Shown here piece after piece: positions 9,742-18,530 of a stretch of DNA of 64,000 nucleotides. Both the position numbers and the translations under genes were made by a program. The notes under the pieces were generated by a model. The model did not search any database. It saw only the letters and a list, made by a program, of their open reading frames with translations, and had not been told where the DNA came from. Location of the stretch: sequence record SRR9188677_124; one strand, given 5' to 3'. Every line of letters starts with the position of its first letter. Positions within the stretch are counted from its first letter, which is position 1.

Positions 9742-10788
9742 TCAGATTTTAGACTTCAAGAACTTGCCCAATCTCATTTCAATCCATTTATAGGTAAAAT
9801 GAGAATAAATGACGGTAATGCTTATAGAAATCAGAAGTGAAAGCCCTATCATCCATTCCGTTTCAGGCGATTTCAAAAGCCGGAAAAGAAGAATATTAAT
9901 AAATATCAGAACAATCGCATGATTAAGATATACCGAATAGGATATTTTTCCCAGGTACTGAAAGGGTGGGGAGGAAAGTAATTTGGTCACAATTCCAGAT
10001 GAATTACAGAAAACATATATTCCCAATGCGAAGTAGACCGGGAAGACTAATTTCCATAAGTTGAGTTGAAAATGATGAACGCCATACATCATGATAAGCA
10101 GGATAGCGAGGTAGGGGATTTCCCAGAATGAAAGATTCAGGTTCTGATTTTTTATCAAATCGAAAGTCAAAACGCCAATGCAAAAGCACAACAATCCACG
10201 CACAAAGCCATAGTCGTATGATAACAGGTAGTCGCCGCGATGTACGGTGAAAATAGCCGCAGATAGAATAACAATATAGAAAACTATATTTTTCCCCTTT
10301 GGTAAAAGCAGCAGGATAACACCAAAAACAACATAGGAAATCATTTCGGAAGAAATGGACCAGGCCGGATAATTAAGGCCGATCCATGCTCCAAAAACGG
10401 GAGTGGATCCCATAAATGTGAGGGTATCCAATGTTGTATGAAGGTAATAGGAAATACCCAGATCAGAAACGTTTTTGAGCGACGATTGATCTCCAATGAG
10501 GTTTGCGATCAAAAAAACAACTTCGGTATACAGTAACAACGGGTACAAGCGAATGAACCGCTTTTTGATAAACTGAAAAAAATCCTCTTTTGAATTTATC
10601 CGGTTGACATAATTCATGGCTATAACGAAGCCGCTGAGAACAAAAAAGAAGTCAACGAAAAGACTCGAATTAATAACAAAAAAGTTGTTATAGAATATTG
10701 AATTTTTGAAGGCATTATGATGGTGGGCGACAACAAGTACAGAAAATATGCCTCTTAATCCATCGAGCTGTTCTACTCTGTCTCTCAT
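9742..10788 (-). CDS. acyltransferase family 3 (OafA-like membrane O-acyltransferase)
   Basis: LDGLRG, VDFFFVLSGFVI, KRFIRLYP, WSISSE and LGKISYSVYLNH motifs; multiple TM segments. Confidence 0.92.
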   Translation of the reverse strand: MRDRVEQLDGLRGIFSVLVVAHHHNAFKNSIFYNNFFVINSSLFVDFFFVLSGFVIAMNYVNRINSKEDFFQFIKKRFIRLYPLLLYTEVVFLIANLIGDQSSLKNVSDLGISYYLHTTLDTLTFMGSTPVFGAWIGLNYPAWSISSEMISYVVFGVILLLLPKGKNIVFYIVILSAAIFTVHRGDYLLSYDYGFVRGLLCFCIGVLTFDLIKNQNLNLSFWEIPYLAILLIMMYGVHHFQLNLWKLVFPVYFALGIYVFCNSSGIVTKLLSSPPFQYLGKISYSVYLNHAIVLIFINILLFRLLKSPETEWMIGLSLLISISITVIYSHFTYKWIEMRLGKFLKSKI

Positions 10789-10866
10789 TTGTCGGGTCGA
10801 ATGTGAATATACCCAAACATGAACAAGGTTTTATGTGGGTTATGATGATTGGCTAAAACGTGGATG

Positions 10867-12198
10867 TTATACCAATGTTGTCTTCAAAGCAGGCTGATTT
10901 ACTTTTGTAACAAATCCTGGCCGGTAGCCGATGCTAAGAAAACGTATCATTACGAGGTATGGAAACCAAAAAGCAATTTCTGTTGGCCGGCCTCCTGTAA
11001 ATAACAAAATTATCAACGATATAAAAAAGTAAGCGAGAAACGTGGAAAGGCCGTTGGTAGGTTTCCTAACCTCGCGAATCGCAAACAAAAAGAGAAAAAA
11101 GTTAAAAGCAGCAAAAAACAGGAATCCAATTATTCCATGATTAACAAAAGATTCCAGTATGGGCACATCGAGATAATCACTTTTAAATCCTCTTCCCAAA
11201 AATGCATCCCAGGAGTAAAAGGTCTCAACGAATTCACCAAAACCACTCACCCGACCCATCGCGGAATAATCAATATCTGCTGTTTCTGTTAGCTTAACCC
11301 CCAAGGATGTGAAAATTACATCGGTAATGCGGCTTTCGAATACGTCCCAATACCCTAAGAGCAAATTGAAAATGTTACCAAATTTGCTGAGAAAGTAATT
11401 AATTCCCACCAGGATTAATATTACCACCATGAAGTTTTTAAACTTGAAAATGCTTCCCATGGCTCTAAAAACATTCGAAATCTTAAAATGAAAAAGCATG
11501 TAAGCGGTAAGCATAAGCCCGATTCCGATATAACTTGACTTTGCCAGAGAGAGAACAACTACCCCGAGGCTAAAAAGAACGGAAAAGAATAGGAAAATTT
11601 TTGTGAAAATTCCCCGCGTTTTTTGGAGCATGATCAAAGCAGTAACCAAGCAGACCACGCCATTTCGGGCCGTAATGTGCGGATTTCCACCTGGCTGAGC
11701 ACCTTCATTTGCAAAATTCACCGCAGCACGCATTCCAGGTGTCCAGTTAGGATCCGTAATCAGGGAATACACCAGTGTAACATTACAGAACAAGGAAAAA
11801 ATGAAAAGGACAGCAACAACTGTGTCAGAGACGTCATTCGGGATGTGCAGGAGCAGTACCAGAAACCCGAAAATGAATACGTAGTTACCAATATCCGTTA
11901 CTCCCTTGCCCATGTGATTGATGAACATGAAGTAATAAAACGTAATAAGAAGGAACGCGATTCCGAGGTTAAAAAGGATAACGTTTGGCTTATACAGTCT
12001 TCTGAAAATATGTGACGGTATCATCAGCAAAAGCGCCAATGTAAAAAAACCAGCTGTAAATACACTGCTGGCCGGGCCAACTTTCAGGGTATCCCTAATA
12101 AAAAAAATCAAAGGGAATCCGTTGAACATCATTGCGATGCCTGCCGCAAACCTGAGATTGGTAAAATTCTTAGTAATATTTAGAAGACTCCAATTCAT
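10867..12198 (-). CDS. Wzy/O-antigen ligase-like polytopic membrane protein
   Basis: About 11-12 hydrophobic segments, a large late periplasmic loop with S-x-x-G-R and FLGRGF, and location in a glycan locus. Confidence 0.65.
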   Translation of the reverse strand: MNWSLLNITKNFTNLRFAAGIAMMFNGFPLIFFIRDTLKVGPASSVFTAGFFTLALLLMIPSHIFRRLYKPNVILFNLGIAFLLITFYYFMFINHMGKGVTDIGNYVFIFGFLVLLLHIPNDVSDTVVAVLFIFSLFCNVTLVYSLITDPNWTPGMRAAVNFANEGAQPGGNPHITARNGVVCLVTALIMLQKTRGIFTKIFLFFSVLFSLGVVVLSLAKSSYIGIGLMLTAYMLFHFKISNVFRAMGSIFKFKNFMVVILILVGINYFLSKFGNIFNLLLGYWDVFESRITDVIFTSLGVKLTETADIDYSAMGRVSGFGEFVETFYSWDAFLGRGFKSDYLDVPILESFVNHGIIGFLFFAAFNFFLFLFAIREVRKPTNGLSTFLAYFFISLIILLFTGGRPTEIAFWFPYLVMIRFLSIGYRPGFVTKVNQPALKTTLV

Positions 12199-13070
12199 TT
12201 GGACATTCTGAAACTTATATATTTAAAATCAAATCGTAGTGCGAAGTAAGTAATTTTACTAACCCTGCACCAAAGATACTTCAATTTGTTGAGAGCGGGT
12301 GAGCCAATCGTAGAAATGTACAATTCTTTGATCTTCGAATGCTCCTCGGTTCCTACATGGGCGATGTTGGATGACTTGGCGTCGGCATGAACCCGCAAAG
12401 CACCAGCGAGGCCATCTACCTTACGAACGCTCGTAGTTGAATGCGAAGTATACCGGGTAATAAATTCATAGTCAAAGGCAAAGCGGTAAGATTCATCGAA
12501 GGCACCGTATTTGTCGACTAAGGCTTTTTTGAAAAACAATGACTGGTTATGGATTTGCATTCCTTCCAGTATCTGAAAATCAAAATTGTAAGAGGTTGTC
12601 TTAAGGATTTCCGTCACCTCGTCGTCTGTCGAGATCATGAAAAGATCACCATACAATATGTCGTCTGGCTTATTTGAAGCAGCTTCGCCGAATTTTTTAA
12701 AGGTATCCCGAAAATAGACATCATCGGAATTTTGAAAGCCTATATATTCCCCAGTAGCCTTTTCCAGGGCTTTGTTAATCGCATGAACCTGCCCTCTGTC
12801 TTTTTCTGAAACCCAGTAAGCCAGGTATTTCTCATATTTTTTTATGATTTCTACGCTGCCATCGGTTGAGCCGCCGTCAATAATAATATATTCAAGGTTT
12901 GGATAATTCTGATTCAGTACGCTTAGAATCGTGCGTTCCAGAAACTCTGCCTGATTGTATGACGGCGTAATAATTGTGAGTTTCGGAAGCGAAGAGGACG
13001 TTTTTTTTTCAATTCGCAGTTGAGCTGTAAAATTACGAAGATCGAGTGTGTATTGTTCAAGAAATTTCAT
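12195..13070 (-). CDS. glycosyltransferase family 2
   Basis: IITPSYNQ, IIDGGSTD, NSDD and DYE motifs. Confidence 0.93.
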   Translation of the reverse strand: MKFLEQYTLDLRNFTAQLRIEKKTSSSLPKLTIITPSYNQAEFLERTILSVLNQNYPNLEYIIIDGGSTDGSVEIIKKYEKYLAYWVSEKDRGQVHAINKALEKATGEYIGFQNSDDVYFRDTFKKFGEAASNKPDDILYGDLFMISTDDEVTEILKTTSYNFDFQILEGMQIHNQSLFFKKALVDKYGAFDESYRFAFDYEFITRYTSHSTTSVRKVDGLAGALRVHADAKSSNIAHVGTEEHSKIKELYISTIGSPALNKLKYLWCRVSKITYFALRFDFKYISFRMSK

Positions 13071-13092
13071 GGGGCCTATTGTGAGATGATAG

Positions 13093-14040
13093 CTAAAATT
13101 GATCGATGAATTCGGTGATCGATCTTAGTTTCTTGGATATGCTTTTTCTTAACATCCGATTTCGCTTAACGTTCAAAATCAAACCAAAACCAGGTTGGCC
13201 CGATGGAACGATTGCTTTGTAGGAATCGAGGTCTTTGCGATATTTGTCATGCAAGGTTTTGAAGTTCTTGCTTTGATGCAAAAGACCAGCGTAGTCAGAC
13301 CAAATTGGATTATATTCTTCCAAACCAGCGAAATCAACAGACATTAACGGTGAGTTGTTCACCATGTATTTCCCATTATTTAAGGTAATTTCCTTGTTTA
13401 ATACCGAATGTAAACCGAAATGCCAACCCTCATTTAAAATTTGGGACGCGTTTAAGATCCTAACCAAGGCGAAATTAAGCCATAATTGGTCGAGGCACAT
13501 TCCGTTACAAAGATCAAATTTAGCCCGATCGATCGTTCTTATGGACCACCATTCTAAAAATTTTAAACTCTCTTCACTTCTACGTAAAATCCAGCTCCCG
13601 GCATGAAACATGCCAATATTTAAAATTCTTTTGTCGTCCAGAATTAAGGATTTTCCTAATGGATTCGAAATGTGAGGCGTTAACTGCATGTCTGAATTTT
13701 CACGAAGTACATCAGTTATTGGGCCAAATAAAAGAACAGTTGGCGCTAGAAATACAAATGTGTTTTGATCCTGATGAATCTGAATCAAGTGTTTTACAAA
13801 CCAGGGCCGACATGCAGGAACAAGCTCAAAATCGTAATAAGCACCAACCATCTTTTCCCAATTGGCAATGTTCAGTTCCTGAATTGATATAGAATTAATC
13901 CCGGATGGAAGATTAGGAATGACTTCTGTATCTACCCAGCAGAGGTAAAATTTATTGCCGGGAAATTGAGTAACCGACTTACCTAATACTAAGGCATTAG
14001 TCAGGTTTTTTCTATTACAAACTGTAAAAATAATATTCAT
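13093..14040 (-). CDS. degenerate paralog of the GT-A glycosyltransferase at 14825-15808
   Basis: Aligns by eye over nearly its full length (FTVC/FTIC, LTPHI, WW, DLCNG, DQxW), but YLDPDI is replaced by FLAPTV. Confidence 0.75.
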   Translation of the reverse strand: MNIIFTVCNRKNLTNALVLGKSVTQFPGNKFYLCWVDTEVIPNLPSGINSISIQELNIANWEKMVGAYYDFELVPACRPWFVKHLIQIHQDQNTFVFLAPTVLLFGPITDVLRENSDMQLTPHISNPLGKSLILDDKRILNIGMFHAGSWILRRSEESLKFLEWWSIRTIDRAKFDLCNGMCLDQLWLNFALVRILNASQILNEGWHFGLHSVLNKEITLNNGKYMVNNSPLMSVDFAGLEEYNPIWSDYAGLLHQSKNFKTLHDKYRKDLDSYKAIVPSGQPGFGLILNVKRNRMLRKSISKKLRSITEFIDQF

Positions 14041-14050
14041 TCGTAGCTAT

Positions 14051-14824
14051 TCACTTCGTAGCTCCGTCGAAAAACGGCAGAGTTTCTATATTTCGGTTGT
14101 TGATGCCAGTAAGGGCAAATGGTAATTCAGCAGACCTCGCTTTATTTGCAGGAGGCTTGTTGTCAATATGTTGTGCAAAATAATTCTGAACAATCGCAGA
14201 CGGTTTTCTAAGACTAGGCCAGAATCTGTTCGCTTCAATTTCCCAAAAAACAGAGTCACTGCTCGAAAAGTCATCCTGATGTCTATATTGATAAGCAACT
14301 TTTTGCTTGCTTTTTAACGTACTGATCATCCTTTCAATCAGACACAGATATAGTCCATTGTCTTGAAAACTATTGCCCAGTTCTTGTTTTTCAGGATTGC
14401 TAAGTCCTGAAATTTGGGAAAGGCCTTTGGCAAAATCCGACTTCTTATTTTCTTTTTTGATGAGAGGCGCCGCTCTTAAATAATCGTATCCCTGCTTGCA
14501 CCAATAGTAAAGTTCATCTTTAACGACCCAGCTATTGAGCTCATGAACAAGAAGATAGCTAGCCCAGCTAAACTGGTCATAAAAATCCTCCATGAGCAAC
14601 AACTTGGATAAGGCTTGCCTTGAAGCAAAGTATTCCTTTGGAAAATAAATGACGTCAATATCCTCTTTGTGTTCCTTGATTATACTTAAATCCGCATTTG
14701 GATGAGTAATAAAAATCACTGGATATTTTCCCAAAGCTTCCATGCTATGGTGTAGAATTCGTTCTTGGGTAGGACTAAGATCTGGATCCAGAACGGGAAT
14801 TATTACGGATACGAGCTCTTTCAT
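14051..14824 (-). CDS. DUF5672-like protein (degenerate GT-like)
   Basis: VIIPV start; FYDQF, DELYYWCKQGYDY, VFW and LPF segments match the DUF5672 pattern as I recall it. Confidence 0.65.
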   Translation of the reverse strand: MKELVSVIIPVLDPDLSPTQERILHHSMEALGKYPVIFITHPNADLSIIKEHKEDIDVIYFPKEYFASRQALSKLLLMEDFYDQFSWASYLLVHELNSWVVKDELYYWCKQGYDYLRAAPLIKKENKKSDFAKGLSQISGLSNPEKQELGNSFQDNGLYLCLIERMISTLKSKQKVAYQYRHQDDFSSSDSVFWEIEANRFWPSLRKPSAIVQNYFAQHIDNKPPANKARSAELPFALTGINNRNIETLPFFDGATK

Positions 14825-15808
14825 CTATACGGTTTCGAGCTGATCTAAGGCGAAGACAAAAGGTTTTTTGAGCCACTTTCTTACCCGAACATAGCGAACA
14901 ACACGTTTGGGTTTGATGTAAAAGCATGGAAATTTGCGGTAGTAAGCATTTCCGTTTTTTAACAGATTGTTCTTATAAATTAAAAACAATTCTGTCAAAT
15001 CTGTTCTGTCAGCAAGTTCAAATCGATCCTGGTATTTGGAAAGAATATCAGGCTTTGCAGGGTCGTATCCACTGTAATGAAAGAAAATTAACGGATTGCT
15101 GCCGTTGACAAAGTAAGTGCCCTTTTCATTACTGAAAATCCGTTCATGCAAATTCCAGTATGCAGCATTGTATCCCGGATTCCGCTCGATATGCACATTG
15201 GGAACAAAAACAGGCAAGAAATTCATCCAGTTCTGGTCCGTAAACAAGCCGTTACACAAGTCGATCTGGCATTCATAACGCAGCTTTTCTTCCCACCATT
15301 TTATATATTTCAAAGTTTCACTTCCTCTACTGAAAGCTACAAAACCGAGATTGTATATACCTGTATTTAAATGATGAAGCTCATTAGGAGTCAAGCGGTC
15401 CTCAATTGGCGTATTGATATGCGGAGTTAAAACGGCAGGATGACTTTCTAAAGAACTTAGCAGTTCTGTTATTGGCTGGAACACGATGATGTCAGGATCT
15501 AGATATATGACATTGTCGGCATTTGGATAATTATGGAAAAAATAGGTGAAGTAAAATGGTTTAACAGCCGTATTAAGTTCGGTAATGTCGTACCTGGTTG
15601 CCATTTCCTCAAAACCTTCGATACCAATTTTGTCAATTTCGATCATCGGGTATCCAGGCACAAAATCCGCATCAAAACTTACGCCTTCGAGTACGTCTAC
15701 AAGTCCGATAAAGAAAAGTACTTCCGGATTGGTTGATTTGAGGGAATCCCCCAGCGTTCGCGCCTGAGCTAAATAGTTTATTGAGCAAATGGTGAAAACG
15801 ATCGTCAT
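14825..15808 (-). CDS. GT-A fold glycosyltransferase (GT8-like)
   Basis: NYLAQA, ELNTAVKP, YLDPDI (DxD), GIYNLGF, DQNW, YNAAYWNLHER and FFHYSG motifs. Confidence 0.85.
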   Translation of the reverse strand: MTIVFTICSINYLAQARTLGDSLKSTNPEVLFFIGLVDVLEGVSFDADFVPGYPMIEIDKIGIEGFEEMATRYDITELNTAVKPFYFTYFFHNYPNADNVIYLDPDIIVFQPITELLSSLESHPAVLTPHINTPIEDRLTPNELHHLNTGIYNLGFVAFSRGSETLKYIKWWEEKLRYECQIDLCNGLFTDQNWMNFLPVFVPNVHIERNPGYNAAYWNLHERIFSNEKGTYFVNGSNPLIFFHYSGYDPAKPDILSKYQDRFELADRTDLTELFLIYKNNLLKNGNAYYRKFPCFYIKPKRVVRYVRVRKWLKKPFVFALDQLETV

Positions 15809-17028
15809 TGATTTTGTTGTTCCGAAATCTGCAAAGGTAAGTACTTTTGAATTATTGCTTCAATGTTACTAACGCTTTTATCTGTGTTATGCCTTTCCAG
15901 TACTTTCTGGCGCCCTTTTTGCCCCATTCGATTTCGCATACCCTGATCAAGAACCAACTCCAGAACAGCATCTGAAGCGGCATTGATGTCCATGTACGGT
16001 ACCACAAAGCCTGCGTCTGATTCGATAAGTTCGGGAGCGCCACCTGCGTCTTCGAAACAAACAACGGGTATTTCTTGAAGGGCTGCTTCCAATACAACGA
16101 GCGGATAAGGATCTTCCCGCGAACTCAAAAGCAAGACATCAAAACGATTGATATAATCAAGTGCCTGTGGAGTAGGGGGGATTAGAATAATGCGGTCAGA
16201 CAGTCCCATTAACCGAATATCACTTTCAATTAACTCATATATTTCGTGCTGCGGACCGGCTCCAACCCAAACAAAATATACAGGAAGCGGGCTGGTTTTC
16301 TTAATCACATTACGGGCAATCCAGTTGAAGATATCATTTCCTTTTCGCCATTCCGCATTACCGCAACCGCCGATTATGATCGCGTCCTCCGGAATTCTGT
16401 ATGTGTTTTCAAGAAGCTTTGTCTGTATCTTTTTTAGTTTTTCGTCAATATGATCATGATCAATAAGCGTGAAGGTACTTACATGCTGTATCGGGAAATC
16501 ATACTTTTTTACATAATAATTGGCAACCGCACTAGCAACGGCTATCAGATGATCAGTCTTTTTTAGCAAAAAATTCAGCTGCTTTTCATGCGTATAAATC
16601 CTCACCGACATGGCCAGTTCGTGTACGAAAAGGACAAGTGGAAGATGGTGCAAAGAGCGCAAAGTCTCATAATAAACGCCTGCATTCGCTATTGAGTTAA
16701 CGAAAACCAAGCCGATATTTTCCGCATCAAGTTCTGCGGTAATGCGTTCGTTTTCCTTTTGGGCGGAACGCTCTTCATACAATTTATGCAGATTTATTTT
16801 TTTAAGGAGCTTGCCGGATAGGAGGTTTGGGGTTACAGGATAATTTTGGTACAAACGGGTAATTGTGATTACTTCCTCAAATTCTTGTTCAAGATCGCCA
16901 CCGTTACAAAGTAACAAATGCATTGGAACGCCTCGTTCTTTCAACAGCCTTAGCAATTGAAGCAAAAGAAGCTGACTTCCCGCCCGGTTTGCATCATGAC
17001 TCACAAATAAAATTTTCTTTTGTTCCAT
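15805..17028 (-). CDS. glycosyltransferase family 4
   Basis: SHDANRAGS, RKG and SREDPYPLVVLEA motifs (GT-B fold). Confidence 0.92.
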   Translation of the reverse strand: MEQKKILFVSHDANRAGSQLLLLQLLRLLKERGVPMHLLLCNGGDLEQEFEEVITITRLYQNYPVTPNLLSGKLLKKINLHKLYEERSAQKENERITAELDAENIGLVFVNSIANAGVYYETLRSLHHLPLVLFVHELAMSVRIYTHEKQLNFLLKKTDHLIAVASAVANYYVKKYDFPIQHVSTFTLIDHDHIDEKLKKIQTKLLENTYRIPEDAIIIGGCGNAEWRKGNDIFNWIARNVIKKTSPLPVYFVWVGAGPQHEIYELIESDIRLMGLSDRIILIPPTPQALDYINRFDVLLLSSREDPYPLVVLEAALQEIPVVCFEDAGGAPELIESDAGFVVPYMDINAASDAVLELVLDQGMRNRMGQKGRQKVLERHNTDKSVSNIEAIIQKYLPLQISEQQNQ

Positions 17029-17082
17029 TCACATAGTGCGTTGTATGACCAAAACCATCATATCTATTGTCTTCTACTATGG

Positions 17083-17742
17083 TCAATAAGCTTCAAAGCT
17101 TTTTTTGCCAGGTACTTTTTTTGCCGGATTACCAATATATATTCCCCATTCTTCCGTTTCCCTGGTAATAGCAGACGCCATTCCCACCAAGGTACCCTGA
17201 GCAATATGTGTATAATCCCGAATGGTAGCATTTACACCAAAAAAGGAATAAGAATCTATTTCACAATGTCCTGACATTACCACGTGGGAGGTGAAGAATA
17301 CGTGATCGTGAATTTTACTATGGTGTCCAATGTGATTTCCACTCCACATTACCACGTTGTTGCCAACCGTTGTAAAGGGCTGAATGGTGTTGTCTTCCAG
17401 GATAAAACAATTATCTCCAATCACACTTTTGTCAAAAATAGTGGCGTGCGAACTGATATAAGAAATAAACTGATACCCTTTTGCCTTCGCTTCATTGTAA
17501 ATATTTTCACGGTTTCTGTTCATATTCCGTCCGGTCATTGGAGCAAAAAATGAATACTCAGCAGGCGAAAATACGGTTTCCACATCTTCAAAAGCAACAA
17601 CGGGCAATCCATGAAATGCGTCGTCATTGATATACTCCCGATTCACTGTAAAAGCAGCTACTTCATGCTCTGAATCGTGTTCAAGATAATAATGAGCCAA
17701 TTCGGCGGTATCCAAAACTCCAAAAATTATAACCTTAGCCAT
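17083..17742 (-). CDS. NeuD/PglD-like hexapeptide sugar acetyltransferase
   Basis: N-terminal Rossmann-like IIFG, hexapeptide repeats, IGHH and C-terminal GNPAK. Confidence 0.88.
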   Translation of the reverse strand: MAKVIIFGVLDTAELAHYYLEHDSEHEVAAFTVNREYINDDAFHGLPVVAFEDVETVFSPAEYSFFAPMTGRNMNRNRENIYNEAKAKGYQFISYISSHATIFDKSVIGDNCFILEDNTIQPFTTVGNNVVMWSGNHIGHHSKIHDHVFFTSHVVMSGHCEIDSYSFFGVNATIRDYTHIAQGTLVGMASAITRETEEWGIYIGNPAKKVPGKKSFEAY

Positions 17743-17744
17743 TC

Positions 17745-18440
17745 TTATAGTAGTTCGTATTCTTCTAAAAGCCGATTTACGTTTTCGGCATCATTAAACA
17801 TCAGCACATCAATAATTGACAACCAAGGTACGAAAGCATTTTTGAATTGAGAATACGGACCTGCGACACTTTTTAAAAAGCTTAACCGGATATGCTCTTC
17901 TTCAAATCTGGATTTGTCGTACAATTCCATCCCGCCAACCGGATTAATATAATGTGATGCCTGCTCCTGCTTGCAGATATCAATGATACGATTTTGACTT
18001 TTGAGATCGGTATTATTATAAATTGTTGACGAGGGAATGATTTCTGTACTTATACTCATGTACGAACAAATCCTATGTAAGGAGTGCAGGATTAGTTCGT
18101 TAATTGTTCCACATTCTAAATTTACAATTTCTTCTATCAGTACAAAAACCTTTTGATAATTGGGTGCTTTCTGATATGATTGCTGTATCGTTTTCAAAAA
18201 CTTTTTTTTCCATGAATCGTCTGAAAGCGCAACTTCAAGAATCAGTTTGTTCTGGCTTGCATCCTTCAAAGGAATCGTAAAAAGATGGCGGTCTCCGGAA
18301 ACCAGAATGTTATTGCGGTTTATAAAACCTTTGTTAATGAAGTTAACATCATCGTAAATGATGAACTTATCGACTGCATTTATCAATTGGAAATACCCGA
18401 TATATGGGAATATATAGGGTTGCATGATGGCAATAGTCAT
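17745..18440 (-). CDS. WbqC family protein (putative glycyltransferase)
   Basis: IMQPYIFPYIGYFQ, YDDVNF, NRN, YIN and LSIIDVL motifs. Confidence 0.92.
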   Translation of the reverse strand: MTIAIMQPYIFPYIGYFQLINAVDKFIIYDDVNFINKGFINRNNILVSGDRHLFTIPLKDASQNKLILEVALSDDSWKKKFLKTIQQSYQKAPNYQKVFVLIEEIVNLECGTINELILHSLHRICSYMSISTEIIPSSTIYNNTDLKSQNRIIDICKQEQASHYINPVGGMELYDKSRFEEEHIRLSFLKSVAGPYSQFKNAFVPWLSIIDVLMFNDAENVNRLLEEYELL

Positions 18441-18530
18441 AGATATTCTATTAATTGATGAAATACAGAAGATTTTCCGAAGTACTAGGAAGCGAGAACC
18501 ACCTGACTCTTTGATTTCTCACCAAGAGGC

